Positions 37,995 to 48,460 of a stretch of DNA of 64,000 nt are shown piece after piece (positions within the stretch are counted from its first letter, which is position 1; each line of letters opens with the position of its first letter). The notes beneath the pieces are model-generated. The model was not told where the DNA came from, made no database searches, and saw only the letters and a program-made list of their open reading frames with translations. Both the position numbers and the translations under genes were made by a program. Origin of the DNA: Desulfatiglandales bacterium (lineage in GTDB: Bacteria; Desulfobacterota; DSM-4660; Desulfatiglandales; Desulfatiglandaceae). The DNA is taken from positions 192,001-256,000 of the forward strand of contig OY759599.1 in assembly GCA_963662465.1 (NCBI GenBank), in the 5' to 3' direction.

Positions 37995-39558
37995 AAAATA
38001 TCAGAAAATTTTTATCCAGGAATCCAACAAGTATCTTGATGCGTTGGATGTCGTTTTGATTCAGGTGGAAAAAGACCTTCAAAACCGCCGGTTGTGGGGT
38101 GATATCCATGGCAAAATTCACTCTATGAAGGGAATGGCGAGAGCCCTCAGTATGGATGAATTGGCCACCTTCTGTCATGCCATGGAGGAGTGGTGCAAGC
38201 TGTTTCAGGAGGGCGTTAAAACCCCGGGCGAGCGGGTCGTTCAATTGTTTTTTGACGGTACGGACCTGTTAAAACGCTTTGTGGCGGGTAAGGGCGAACT
38301 TAGCGGGCCTGAGGATTTAAAACGATTAAAGGGGATCACCGCCGACCTGGCAAAAAACCCCGACGACCTGGTTGACCCACCGGAACCGGAGATCCGTCCC
38401 TCTTATGCGCCCGCGAAAATTGATCGTATCCGGGTGGATTACGCATTGATCGAATCGCTCCTGGCCCGTTCCCAGGAAATCATGATGTTGGAAAAGATGC
38501 TCCCACCCCTGACCCAGGATCAGATATCGTCCGGGTTGAGGGCCTGGGTCAATAATTTCATTGCCATGTTGAAAGGTCTCTATTTCCAGTTGGCCCAGCT
38601 CAGGTTGATGCCGGTCCAGGATTTCGGGGATTTGTTTGCAAAGACGATTCGCGATCTGGCAAAAACCTACAACCGGGAGGTAACGCTTGAAATTGTGGGA
38701 GGGGAAATTGAGGTGGATATCGGGTTGATGGATCGCCTGAGAGAACCCTTCATGCACCTGTTGCGCAATGCCGTTGCCCACGGTATCGAGCTGCCGGATG
38801 AACGGGAGCATGCGGGGAAGCGCCGGGAAGGGAAAATTACCCTGGAAGCCGAAAGGCGCGGGGACCAGCTGGTGCTCAAGATCAGCGACGATGGTCGGGG
38901 TATCGACCTGGATGCCATCAGGACTTACCTGAAAGACAAGATCGGCATGTCCAATGAGGAGATGGGCGAACTTTCCAGTGATGAACTTCTGAACATTATT
39001 TGTCGAACGGATTTTTCTTCCGCAAAGGAAACGACGCAACTGGCGGGAAGAGGCATCGGGATGAATGTCATTGTCCAGGCCATCGGGTATTTGGGTGGGG
39101 CCATGAAGGTCCATTCGGAACCTTTAAAAGGGACGCAATTCATTATAACGCTCCCCCTTTCGCTATCCATTATTTATGCGGTTCTGTTCAGGTTGGGGGA
39201 ATATACCCTGGCGATTCCCACGTCTCATGTGGAGGCCATTGAAAAAGAGGGTTCGGATTCACCCGATAAAGATGGGGGATTCTGTGATCTCAGAAGTCTT
39301 TTGCGAATGGATGCCGATGCCGATGGCAAGGGTCAAATTATCAGACTGCGACCGCCTGCAACATCTGATATGCTATTGCCCCAGAAGGGTGGCCTCGGCA
39401 TTGCCGCTGACGCGATTGTTGGAAATATGCCGCTGATGGCCATTCCGTTGGGAGAATTTCTGGCCAAAACTCGCCTTTTTGCCGGAGTGGGAATTATGGA
39501 AAACGGTGATATTTCCCTCATCCTTGACCTGGAAAAGATTCAAGCGGCCGCAGCGTAA
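37984..39558 (+). CDS. cheA: CheA-like chemosensory kinase (HPt, dimerization, HATPase, CheW)
   Basis: HSMKGMA, HLLRNAVAHGIE, DDGRGID and GRGIGMNVI motifs. Confidence 0.88.
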   Translation: MELEKYQKIFIQESNKYLDALDVVLIQVEKDLQNRRLWGDIHGKIHSMKGMARALSMDELATFCHAMEEWCKLFQEGVKTPGERVVQLFFDGTDLLKRFVAGKGELSGPEDLKRLKGITADLAKNPDDLVDPPEPEIRPSYAPAKIDRIRVDYALIESLLARSQEIMMLEKMLPPLTQDQISSGLRAWVNNFIAMLKGLYFQLAQLRLMPVQDFGDLFAKTIRDLAKTYNREVTLEIVGGEIEVDIGLMDRLREPFMHLLRNAVAHGIELPDEREHAGKRREGKITLEAERRGDQLVLKISDDGRGIDLDAIRTYLKDKIGMSNEEMGELSSDELLNIICRTDFSSAKETTQLAGRGIGMNVIVQAIGYLGGAMKVHSEPLKGTQFIITLPLSLSIIYAVLFRLGEYTLAIPTSHVEAIEKEGSDSPDKDGGFCDLRSLLRMDADADGKGQIIRLRPPATSDMLLPQKGGLGIAADAIVGNMPLMAIPLGEFLAKTRLFAGVGIMENGDISLILDLEKIQAAAA

Positions 39559-39593
39559 GATTTAAACTCTATCCTTGATTCAGAGAGAACAAA

Positions 39594-40148
39594 ATGGCAG
39601 AGATCGGCAGGATCAACAAGCTTAAAATAAAACGAAAGCGGGACTATGGCGCTCACCTTGATGGGGGTGCGTCAGATAAACAAACCAATTGCATCACAGC
39701 CTCTTCGAAGCTGGATAAATTTCTAGGTTTGCAACCGCCGCGCTACGATGAGGGTCAAGAGGTCGATCTGCTTATTTGTGAAAAAACAGATTTGGGTTAT
39801 AAAGCGGTTATTAACAATTCTCATTGGGGCATGATCTATCAAAACGAAGTATTTCAGAAGCTTTACATCGGCCAGCCGCTGAAAGGCTACGTAAAATTAA
39901 TTCGCGAAGACCTTAAAATTGACATCACCCTGCAACCATCAGGCTATCAAAGGGTGGATGCTGTTTCCCGGGACATTCTGGAAAAGATAAAAGATTTTGG
40001 CGGCGGTATTGCTGTTACGGATAAAAGCCCGCCGGAAGAGATCTACTCCCTGTTCGGGGTCAGTAAAAAAATATTCAAAAAGGCAATCGGCACACTCTAC
40101 AAGAAAAGACGGATTACCATTGATGTCAATGGCATCAAACTTGCCTGA
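39594..40148 (+). pseudogene. CvfB-family S1/winged-helix RNA-binding protein with an in-frame internal deletion
   Basis: N-terminal EIGRINKL...YGAHLDGG runs straight into ITASSKLDKFL, TDLGYKAVIN and SKKIFKKAIGTLYK; only 184 aa. Confidence 0.7.
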
Positions 40149-40254
40149 AAATTCGGCTAAAAAAAGGACCGGATCTATTGGTTTTTGCTTTTAACTTATC
40201 CCTGCTTATTGACTTACCGCAGATTTCCCCGCAGCTGAATAGGAATATTATGAA

Positions 40255-40750
40255 ATGAGAATTTACCTTGATTGTTGTTGTTTACAACGACCCTTTGATG
40301 ATCGGTCTCAGCCAAGAATTTCAGTTGAGGCTGAAGCGGTGCTTGTTGTTCTTGCATTGTGTGAATCTGATTATTTGAAGCTCATCTCATCAGATGCTCT
40401 GTCATTCGAAATCAATCAAATTCCCGATCAGGTTCGTAAAGAAGATGCTTTTGCAATTCTTACCCTTTCGGAACAAAACATTTCAGGTTCGTAAAGAAGA
40501 TGCTTTTGCAATTCTTACCCTTTCGGAACAAAACATTGAGTTGACATCAGAAATTGAAGCATTGGCCATGGAATTTGGTGGATACGGTATAAAAACATTT
40601 GATGCTTTGCATCTTGCATTTGCATCTTTTTCAAAAGTTGATTATTTTTGTACATGCGATGATAAATTTTTAAAAAAGGCAAAGCGTTTAGGCGGATTAA
40701 ATACCAAGGTGGTATCCCCCACCGAATTGGTGATGGAGTTAGACATATGA
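40255..40750 (+). pseudogene. PIN-domain (VapC-like) toxin frameshifted by a 55-bp tandem duplication
   Basis: IYLDCCCLQRPFDD in one frame and DALHLA...TCDDKF in another; removing one repeat copy gives an intact 146-aa ORF. Confidence 0.88.
40428..40537. repeat. perfect 55-bp tandem duplication
   Basis: 40428-40482 equals 40483-40537 (tcaggttcgtaaagaagatg...gaacaaaacatt). Confidence 0.95.
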
Positions 40751-41037
40751 ATACAGTTATACGGCCAATATCTGAAATTAACCGCCAAGCTACTCACCTT
40801 CTATTCAAAGAAATGGGGGTGGTTGAAACCATCCGTTTTTTGAATCAGTTTTCGGTAGGCCAAGGCAACTATACCAAAGATCGTGAGAAATGGTTGGATA
40901 AGATATCCCTGGATGATGCCATCTCTCGAATGAAATCAGGGGAAAAAAACCTGCCCAACCAGAAGTTTTATCGGTCGGGGTCGAACCACGCTAACTACTT
41001 ATTACCCCGAGGAATAGACCGTGTAAACACAGCATAA
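40747..41037 (+). CDS. putative antitoxin partner of the PIN gene
   Basis: ATGA overlap with the PIN gene; L.KEMGVVETIRFL.QF..G.GNYT..R pattern seen in small PIN-associated proteins. Confidence 0.65.
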   Translation: MNTVIRPISEINRQATHLLFKEMGVVETIRFLNQFSVGQGNYTKDREKWLDKISLDDAISRMKSGEKNLPNQKFYRSGSNHANYLLPRGIDRVNTA

Positions 41038-41071
41038 AGATAGTTTAAATAAGTGTTCTTTTTTGCCGTGG

Positions 41072-41638
41072 CTAATAAAAATGCCGATCCTTTTTGTCGG
41101 TCCATGCCTGGTAGGCGTTGAGTCCCAGGTCTCGGCGATATTGCTTAATCTTGATACGGCGTCGCTCCAGGGGCAAAAGAAAATCCTCGTATTGAAAGGC
41201 GTCGTCAAAACCGATTTTCCGGGTATCTTCAAGGTCGCAGGCAAAGTACACCGCGTCTATTCTGGCCCAGTAGATGGCGCTCATGCACATGGGACAGGGT
41301 GCGCCGCTGATAAAGATTTCATGTCCCATGAGCATCCTAGCACGTTCGGGAACGGGATCGGGGGAGCCGTCGGGACGCGCCACAAACGCGAGGGTCGACT
41401 TGTTTTGGTTTCCTGGGCTGATGGTGGGCGAATAGGGGTTGATTACCCTGACTGCTTTGCGAATGGCTTCAAGCTCGGCATGGGCTGTGATGTCTCCTGT
41501 GAGCAGCACCCGGTTCTGGCCTCGGGCGATAATCTCTCTATTCCTGGCAATGACCGCGCCAAAGGGGCCGCCCCAATTGTTGTCAACGGATTCCTTGGCC
41601 AGCCGGCAGGCTTCTGCAATTAATTCATCGTGGGTCAT
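41072..41638 (-). CDS. zinc-dependent nucleoside/guanine deaminase (GuaD-like)
   Basis: GGPFGAVI, HAE, PCPMCMSAIYWAR and GFDD motifs. Confidence 0.88.
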   Translation of the reverse strand: MTHDELIAEACRLAKESVDNNWGGPFGAVIARNREIIARGQNRVLLTGDITAHAELEAIRKAVRVINPYSPTISPGNQNKSTLAFVARPDGSPDPVPERARMLMGHEIFISGAPCPMCMSAIYWARIDAVYFACDLEDTRKIGFDDAFQYEDFLLPLERRRIKIKQYRRDLGLNAYQAWTDKKDRHFY

Positions 41639-41813
41639 GATTTTGCTCCTTATGGGGTATTTTTGAGTTTCTAGTATAAAAAATTGATTGAGGAGATCAT
41701 TTCCCTTGAGAGGGTCGCGGATCTGATGCCGGATATCTTTAGGGAGAAAACCCTTAAATATGTCATTGATTTCAAGCGAGGGCTATGAAGTAAACAACAA
41801 TTGGCGGAACGTA

Positions 41814-43358
41814 TTACGCCCCAAAGAAATCCGTGATGGCCAAAGTTAGGGCTTCAATCGTATAGTCTGTGGGCATGATGTCCACGGAAAACCCCTTTTC
41901 CCTGGCGGTGTCCGCCGTGATGGGGCCGATGCAGGCCACTTTTACCCCTTTCATCCATTCACTGACGGACCTCTGTTCCCGGGAATCGAACATGTTCACA
42001 AAATTGGCGACCGTGGAGGAACTGGTGAAGGTGACCATGTCGATAATTCCCTTTTCCAGCATGTCCCGAATTTCGGCGGTATTTCCGTGTGGGCTGACGG
42101 TTTTATAGGCATCTACCACGTCCACCCGGGCGCCCATGTTTCGCAATTGGTCGGGTAGGATCTCCCTGGCTTTTTCGGCCCTGGGGATCAGGATGCGGAC
42201 CCCTTTGGTATCCCATTTTTTGAGGGCTTCCACCACCGCTTCGGCCCGGTACTCGTCGGGGACCAGATCCGGCTTGATTCCCAGGTTGTGCCACTGCTCG
42301 GCGGTCTTGGGGCCGATGGCGCCGATTTTTACGCCTTTAAGATCCCGAACGTCTTTTCCTTTAAGATGGAGTCTCTGAAGGAAATATTTGACGCCGTTGA
42401 CCGAGGTGAACAACAACCAATGGTAGAATCCCAGATTTGAGATGGCCGTGTCCAGGGGGTCCCAGCTGTCGGGGGGGATGATTTCGATGGTGGGAAACTG
42501 AATGCACTCCGCGCCGAGGGAGGAGAGTTCCTGAAGGAATCCGCTGGCCTGTTCCCGTGCCCGGGTCACCACGATTCGTTTGCCGAAGAGCGGTTTCGTC
42601 TCAAACCAGTTCAGCTCATCCCGCAACCGCACCACATCTCCCACCACAATGATGGCTGGTGGGCGCAACCCGGTTGTTTCCACCCGTTCGGCAATGTTTT
42701 GGAGGTTCCCCGAAACGGTTTTCTGCTCCGCCACAGTGCCCCTGCGAATGACCGCCGCAGGCGTATCCGGATTTCGACCGTGGTGAATCAGGTTTTCAGC
42801 GATTTTTGAAAGATTCCCCACGCCCATGAGAAATACCAGGGTTCCTACCCCCGTGGCCAGTTTGTCCCATTGAATGTTTGATTCTTCTTTGAGGGGATCT
42901 TCATGGCCGGTGACAAAGGCCACTGTGGCGGTGTAATCCCTGTGTGTCAGGGGAATGCCGGCGTATGCCGGGACGGAAATGGCCGACGTGATGCCCGGCA
43001 CCACCTCGAAGGGTACCCCTTCCGCCACCAGCTCCTGGGCTTCTTCTCCCCCGCGGCCGAAAATGAAAGGGTCCCCGCCCTTGAGCCGGGCAATGGTTTT
43101 CCCCGTTTGGGATTTTTCGACGATCAAGTGGTTGATCTGTTCTTGGGCCATGGTGTGATCACCGCCCTTTTTTCCCACATAGATCAGTTCAGCCTGGGGT
43201 TTCGCGTATTCAAGGAAAGCCTTGTTGGCCAGGTAGTCATAAATAATAACATCCGCTCGGGAGAGAATATCTTTTCCCTTGAGGGTCATTAACCCCGGAT
43301 CCCCGGGTCCGGCTCCGATCAGATATACTTTTCCCTGTTTGGTCCCTTGTACAGCCAT
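41814..43358 (-). CDS. cobA: fused uroporphyrinogen-III C-methyltransferase / uroporphyrinogen-III synthase
   Basis: GAGPGDPGL and [16 protein letters not shown], then a HemD domain ([21 protein letters not shown]). Confidence 0.93.
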   Translation of the reverse strand: MAVQGTKQGKVYLIGAGPGDPGLMTLKGKDILSRADVIIYDYLANKAFLEYAKPQAELIYVGKKGGDHTMAQEQINHLIVEKSQTGKTIARLKGGDPFIFGRGGEEAQELVAEGVPFEVVPGITSAISVPAYAGIPLTHRDYTATVAFVTGHEDPLKEESNIQWDKLATGVGTLVFLMGVGNLSKIAENLIHHGRNPDTPAAVIRRGTVAEQKTVSGNLQNIAERVETTGLRPPAIIVVGDVVRLRDELNWFETKPLFGKRIVVTRAREQASGFLQELSSLGAECIQFPTIEIIPPDSWDPLDTAISNLGFYHWLLFTSVNGVKYFLQRLHLKGKDVRDLKGVKIGAIGPKTAEQWHNLGIKPDLVPDEYRAEAVVEALKKWDTKGVRILIPRAEKAREILPDQLRNMGARVDVVDAYKTVSPHGNTAEIRDMLEKGIIDMVTFTSSSTVANFVNMFDSREQRSVSEWMKGVKVACIGPITADTAREKGFSVDIMPTDYTIEALTLAITDFFGA

Positions 43359-43816
43359 GTTTTCCAATTCCTCATTGTATGTCGTCAGCTTTTAGCGGAT
43401 CAAAAGCAGCTTCTTAGTCTCAGCTGGAATAATATTTAATAGCTTGCTCACAACGTACCTCGTATTGTATCGCTACATGTAACATCAAATGTGGCATATT
43501 GCAAGAGGCTGCACGAAAGCCGTAGATACGCCAACGTTCTGCTCAGATGCTTTGAAGCCGAGCGATAGCCAAGTTTTTTGCAATAGATTTTTTGCGACCT
43601 CCAGCCATTTTGCCGGCCTGCCGGGAGGCGGCATTAAAGTGCATCAATTATTGCTTGATTGAATCGAACAACGGGTGTAGCATGCGACCCTTCCAGGCGT
43701 AGAATGGGTTTTGAGAAGCCCCGGGATGGTTTATTTATTTTAACATGTTTGGATGAAGTAACCTTAATGCTTTGTCCGGAACTAATTGTTCAATTTTAGA
43801 GATAGGGAGTTTTGAA

Positions 43817-44752
43817 ATGTCAAAAGTAATACTGGTTGCCACCGAAAAACCGTTTGCCAAAGCCGCCGTGGATCGTATCAAGGAGGTTGTTGCGAAAAAT
43901 CCGGATTTCGAACTGCGGTTGCTGGAAAACTATACGGATAAGCAGGCATTGCTGGATGCGGTGAAAGATGTGGATGGCCTCATTATTCGCAGCGACAAAG
44001 TCACCCGGGAAGTTCTGGATGCCGCCAAGAACCTGAAAGTGGTGGCGCGCGGTGGGGCCGGATACGATAATATCGACTGTGAAGCGGCCACCGAAAAGGG
44101 CATTTGCGTCATGAATACGCCGGGGCAGAACAGCAATGCGGTTTCAGAGCTGGTCTTCGGCATGATGCTCAACCTGGTTCGGCATCAGTATGCCGGCAAG
44201 CCCGGTACGGAGTTGAGAGGAAAATCAATCGGCATTCATGCGTATGGCAATGCCGGAAAATGCGTGGCACGGTTGGGCAAGGGATTTGGCATGGATGTTT
44301 ACGCCTATGACCCCTATGTGGACAAGAGCATCATGGATGCGGATGGGGTGAAGCCGGTGGGCTCAAGGGAAGAACTCTATTCCACCTGTGATTTCGTCAG
44401 CCTCCATATCCCGGGGAATGCTGAAACCGTCAACTCCATTAACTTTGAACTGCTTTCCAAAATGAAAGAAGGGGCGGCCCTCATCAACACGGCTCGCAAG
44501 GAAGTCATCGATGAGGAAGGGTTGAAGAAGATGTTTTCCGAAAGGCCGGACTTTTGCTACGGTTCGGATTTGACCCCGGACTGCAAGGATGAAATTTGCG
44601 CCACCTGCGGGGACCGGAGCTTTTTCACCGCCAAGAAGATGGGCGCCCAGACCGCCGAGGCCAATATCAATGCAGGCGAAGCCGCCGTTACCCAGATTAT
44701 CAACTTCCTTGAAAAAGGGGATGAGACTTTCAGGGTGAATAAGAAGGCGTAG
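43817..44752 (+). CDS. D-isomer 2-hydroxyacid dehydrogenase, short 3-phosphoglycerate dehydrogenase-like
   Basis: IIRSDK, GAGYDNID, NTPGQNSNAVSEL, INTARKE and GAQTAEAN motifs. Confidence 0.85.
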   Translation: MSKVILVATEKPFAKAAVDRIKEVVAKNPDFELRLLENYTDKQALLDAVKDVDGLIIRSDKVTREVLDAAKNLKVVARGGAGYDNIDCEAATEKGICVMNTPGQNSNAVSELVFGMMLNLVRHQYAGKPGTELRGKSIGIHAYGNAGKCVARLGKGFGMDVYAYDPYVDKSIMDADGVKPVGSREELYSTCDFVSLHIPGNAETVNSINFELLSKMKEGAALINTARKEVIDEEGLKKMFSERPDFCYGSDLTPDCKDEICATCGDRSFFTAKKMGAQTAEANINAGEAAVTQIINFLEKGDETFRVNKKA

Positions 44753-44762
44753 TATAAAAGAA

Positions 44763-44853
44763 GCTGTTAGCCATTAGCTGTTAGGTATTCGTTTTCCACC
44801 GGGGTTGATCCAGAATGCGCAGCTAACCGCTAATAGCTAACAGCTAACAGCTA
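44763..44853. repeat. inverted heptamer arms (GCTGTTA-type / AGCTAAC-type) between convergent genes
   Basis: gctgtta gccatta gctgtta ... agctaac cgctaat agctaac agctaac agcta; the recQ C-terminus and stop lie in the right arm. Confidence 0.8.
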
Positions 44854-46591
44854 CTCTCAAAGATTTGCAGGCTTCGAATCGAAAGGCTTTTCCCTTTCGG
44901 GTTATCTCGGCCCTTCTGTAATGAATCCGTTTGCCGTTTTTTTCAAAGGCATCTTCCCGAAGGGTGATCAGTAATGCGCCGGCGAGGGCCTTGAGCAGGT
45001 TTTCAAATTCCGTTCGGGAAATGGCGGCATTCGGGCATGACGCTTCAAAAAGTCTCCCTGTGCTGAGAGAGCCCAGCTGTTTCAGTTTGGTCATGGTGCG
45101 CATGATGATTTTTTCTTCCGGCTTATGGGGTTTGCGATAGGAAACCGTGATGGCGTTTAGCGGGGCGCAGAAATCACAGATGCCGCAGGGGCGGCCATCG
45201 TCTTCACGATCTCCGAAATGCCGAACCAGGTGAAGCATGCGGCACGAAGAAGAGCCCGCAAAACGGGAGATTTCCTCAATCTGGCTGAGCTGGTGGTCTC
45301 TCTGAGCCCGGTAGGAACGCCTCCATTGGTCATGGCCGCGATGCACGGTCTTGTCCGGGTCTACCCGTGCGCCCCCGTGAATTCTCAGTTTTTCCATGGC
45401 AGTAGCAAATTCTTCCTTCTCCATATCCAATGTTTCGGCCAGACTTTCCAGGGGGATTTTTTCCTTTTTCAATTTCTTGAAAATCTCTTTCAAGAGGCTT
45501 TCAGGGGGGTAGCCTTTTTCGTGAAAAAACTGGTGCATACGGCGGTCGCCGTAGGAGTGGAGAAGAATGGCGCGGGAAGGCTTGCCATCCCGTCCCGCAC
45601 GACCGATTTCCTGGTAATATCCTTCCAGGCTGCCGGGGAGCGCCGTGTGGATTACGGTGCGAATATCGGGTTTGTCGATGCCCATGCCAAAGGCGATGGT
45701 GGCCACGATGATGTCTATCTTTCCCGAAAAAAAGGCGGCCTGGACGCCGTCGCGAGTGTCCGTCGACAGGCCCGCGTGGTAGGGCGCCGCTTTAAGATCA
45801 CGGGCCAGTTCCGTTGCCAGGGTTTCGGTTTTCTGTCGGGTCGGTGCGTAGATGATGGCGGGACGGCATTCAGGTGCTTTTAGAATATCCATCACTTTTC
45901 GGGTTCGATCCGCCGGGGGAATTTCCACCAGTTCAATGGCGATGTTGGTGCGCCTGAAACCATGGATGCGCAGCTCCGGCTTGTTCATACGCAATTGCCG
46001 GACAATGTCCGTTTGAACTCTGGGGGTTGCCGTGGCCGTCATGGCGATAAAGGGGGCGGGACGCAGAAGCGGAAGTCTTTCTCCCAGCAGTCGATAGTCA
46101 GGTCGGAAATCATGTCCCCAATGGCTGATGCAATGGGCTTCATCGATGGCCACCAGTACGGGTTTCCCTTTGGCCAGCATCTCGGGAAAGCCGGGGACCG
46201 CCAGCCGCTCGGGGGCCATGAAGAAAAAATCAAGCTTTCCGTCCAGGTATTCTCTGCAAATTTGTCGGGATTTCAGGCGAGTGAGTCCGGAATGAATGCG
46301 GTCCGCTCTAAAGCCCTTTTGCCTGAGGCCCGCGGTCTGATCTTCCATCAGGGCGATGAGGGGACTGATCACCAGGGTGGCGCCTTTTCGTGCGATGCCG
46401 GGGAGTTGGTAGCACAGGGATTTCCCGGCCCCCGTGGGCATGACCAACAGGAGGTCCTTCCCTTCTATGACGGATTCACAGACGTTCCTCTGGTGGGGCC
46501 TGAACCCATGGAAATGAAAAATATCCGTCAGGATGCTTTTTAAATTGCCGGAAATGGGACCGGGGTCGTTGATTTTTTGATCATGGTTCAT
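44837..46591 (-). CDS. recQ: RecQ family DNA helicase
   Basis: MPTGAGKSLCYQ, DEAHCISHWGHDFRPDY, AFGMGIDK, QEIGRAGRDG and CR...CGICDFC motifs; no HRDC domain evident. Confidence 0.93.
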   Translation of the reverse strand: MNHDQKINDPGPISGNLKSILTDIFHFHGFRPHQRNVCESVIEGKDLLLVMPTGAGKSLCYQLPGIARKGATLVISPLIALMEDQTAGLRQKGFRADRIHSGLTRLKSRQICREYLDGKLDFFFMAPERLAVPGFPEMLAKGKPVLVAIDEAHCISHWGHDFRPDYRLLGERLPLLRPAPFIAMTATATPRVQTDIVRQLRMNKPELRIHGFRRTNIAIELVEIPPADRTRKVMDILKAPECRPAIIYAPTRQKTETLATELARDLKAAPYHAGLSTDTRDGVQAAFFSGKIDIIVATIAFGMGIDKPDIRTVIHTALPGSLEGYYQEIGRAGRDGKPSRAILLHSYGDRRMHQFFHEKGYPPESLLKEIFKKLKKEKIPLESLAETLDMEKEEFATAMEKLRIHGGARVDPDKTVHRGHDQWRRSYRAQRDHQLSQIEEISRFAGSSSCRMLHLVRHFGDREDDGRPCGICDFCAPLNAITVSYRKPHKPEEKIIMRTMTKLKQLGSLSTGRLFEASCPNAAISRTEFENLLKALAGALLITLREDAFEKNGKRIHYRRAEITRKGKAFRFEACKSLRVAVSC

Positions 46592-46761
46592 TTTTTACTC
46601 ATGGTTTATAAAACCTCTGGTTTAGAGGCTTTCTCTTTGTTGACATGCAACCCTACTTATCATAAATATATTTATCTAGGAAATGGTATTCAAAAGAGAT
46701 GTTCAGAAAAGGACCTCCAACCCGCCGGATAGAAACTCTAAATTAGAAAAAAGGAGACCCC

Positions 46762-48432
46762 ATGACCACAGCAAGTGCGTATCAAAACAAACCATGGCTG
46801 GCCTATTATGATGAAGGCGTTCCGGAATCCGTGAATTATGAGGCCATATGCATACCGGAATTTCTGGACCGCTCGGCTGAGAAATTCCCCCGGAATATGG
46901 CGCTTCTTTTTCAGGGATACGCTGTGACATATGGAGAACTCAAGGAAATGGTGGATCGGTTTGCGGTCTGTCTGGCCAGCTTCGGCATCCGGAAAGGAGA
47001 CAGCGTGGCCATTCTGCTTCCCAATGTTATTCCATGCGTTGCGGCATACTATGGTATTTTGAAAACCGGCGCTACGGCGGTTATGAACAACCCCCTTTAT
47101 ACGGATCGGGAACTGGAACATCAGTTCAACGATTCAGGTTCAAAGGTGCTGATTACCCTGGATCTTCTGGGAAACCGCATGATTGATCTGCGGCCCAAAA
47201 CCGGTATCAAACAAATCATCTATACCTCCATCGGCGATTACCTGCCTTTTCCCAAAAATCTCCTGTTTCCCCTGGTGGGCAAGAAGAAGGGGCTGAAAGC
47301 GGATGTCAAAGCCGCGCCGGATGTGTATCGTTGGAAAGATGTGTTGGCAAGGTCCACGGGCCAGGCGCCCATGGTGAAGCTGTCTTTCGATGATACGGCC
47401 ATGTTTCAGTACACCGGGGGCACAACAGGGGTCAGCAAGGGCGTCATGCTGACCCACGCCAATCTCAGCAAGCAGGTGCAGCATCTCAGAGTATGGTTTC
47501 CCGGATTTAACGATGGTGAAGAAATTATGCTGGGGGCCTTGCCGTTTTTCCATGTGTTCGGTCTGTCAACGGCCATGAATTTAGCCCTCTATGCGGGCTG
47601 GGGAAATATCCTGATTCCCAAGCCGCAGCCGGCGCAGCTCCTGGAGGCCATCATCAAATTCAAACCGACCTTTGCCCCGCTGGTGCCCACCATGTTTATT
47701 GGATTGTTGAACCATCCCAAAATCGACCAGGCCGACCTCACCTCCATCAAGGGGTGCTTTTCCGGAAGCGCACCCCTGCCGGTGGAAGTGATTCGGGATT
47801 TCGAGGCCAAGACCGGGGCCACCATTGTCGAAGGCTTCGGTATGACCGAATCATCTCCGGTGACCCATATCAATCCGTTTACGGGGCAGCGTAAGGTGGG
47901 AAGCATCGGCGTGCCTATCCCCGATACCGAGTGTCGTATTGTGGAACTCAATGATGGGGAAACCGATATGTCGGTGGGGGAATCGGGTGAATTGCTGGTC
48001 AGGGGGCCTCAGGTCATGAAAGGGTACTGGAACAAGCCGGAGGACACGGCGGAGACCCTGACGGACGGGTGGCTTCATACCGGCGATATCGGCAAGATGG
48101 ATGAGGAAGGGTATTTCTATATCGTTGATCGTAAGAAGGATATGATCATCAGCGGCGGATACAATGTTTATCCGCGTGATATCGAGGAGGTGTTTTTCGA
48201 ACATCCCAAAGTTGTAGAGGCTGCGGCCCTGGGTGTGCCGCACCCGAAAAGGGGAGAACAGGTGAAGGTATTTGTGGTGTTGAAGGATGGTGAAACGGGA
48301 ACCGAAGAAGAATTCCTCACTTATTGCAAAGACAAACTGGCGGCCTACAAGCTTCCCACCATGATTGAATTCAGGGATGAGTTGCCCAAGACCAATGTGG
48401 GTAAAGTGCTGAAAAAGGATTTGAGGAAATAA
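46762..48432 (+). CDS. long-chain-fatty-acid--CoA ligase
   Basis: [23 protein letters not shown] and PKTNVGK motifs. Confidence 0.93.
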   Translation: MTTASAYQNKPWLAYYDEGVPESVNYEAICIPEFLDRSAEKFPRNMALLFQGYAVTYGELKEMVDRFAVCLASFGIRKGDSVAILLPNVIPCVAAYYGILKTGATAVMNNPLYTDRELEHQFNDSGSKVLITLDLLGNRMIDLRPKTGIKQIIYTSIGDYLPFPKNLLFPLVGKKKGLKADVKAAPDVYRWKDVLARSTGQAPMVKLSFDDTAMFQYTGGTTGVSKGVMLTHANLSKQVQHLRVWFPGFNDGEEIMLGALPFFHVFGLSTAMNLALYAGWGNILIPKPQPAQLLEAIIKFKPTFAPLVPTMFIGLLNHPKIDQADLTSIKGCFSGSAPLPVEVIRDFEAKTGATIVEGFGMTESSPVTHINPFTGQRKVGSIGVPIPDTECRIVELNDGETDMSVGESGELLVRGPQVMKGYWNKPEDTAETLTDGWLHTGDIGKMDEEGYFYIVDRKKDMIISGGYNVYPRDIEEVFFEHPKVVEAAALGVPHPKRGEQVKVFVVLKDGETGTEEEFLTYCKDKLAAYKLPTMIEFRDELPKTNVGKVLKKDLRK

Positions 48433-48460
48433 CCGCTTAAATTTGTGGAGGAAAAACCTC

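Noticed and set aside
40428..40537. 55-bp repeats as a CRISPR array
   Set aside because: There are only two abutting copies, with no spacer and no cas genes; they are a duplication of coding sequence.
40950..41060. attC-like site (GCCCAAC...) after the PIN pair, suggesting an integron cassette
   Set aside because: I could not trace a matching GTTRRRY box or paired stem, and there is no integrase in the window.
46640..46668. TTGACA boxes at 46640 and 18141 as promoters
   Set aside because: No convincing -10 hexamer at 16-18 nt spacing.
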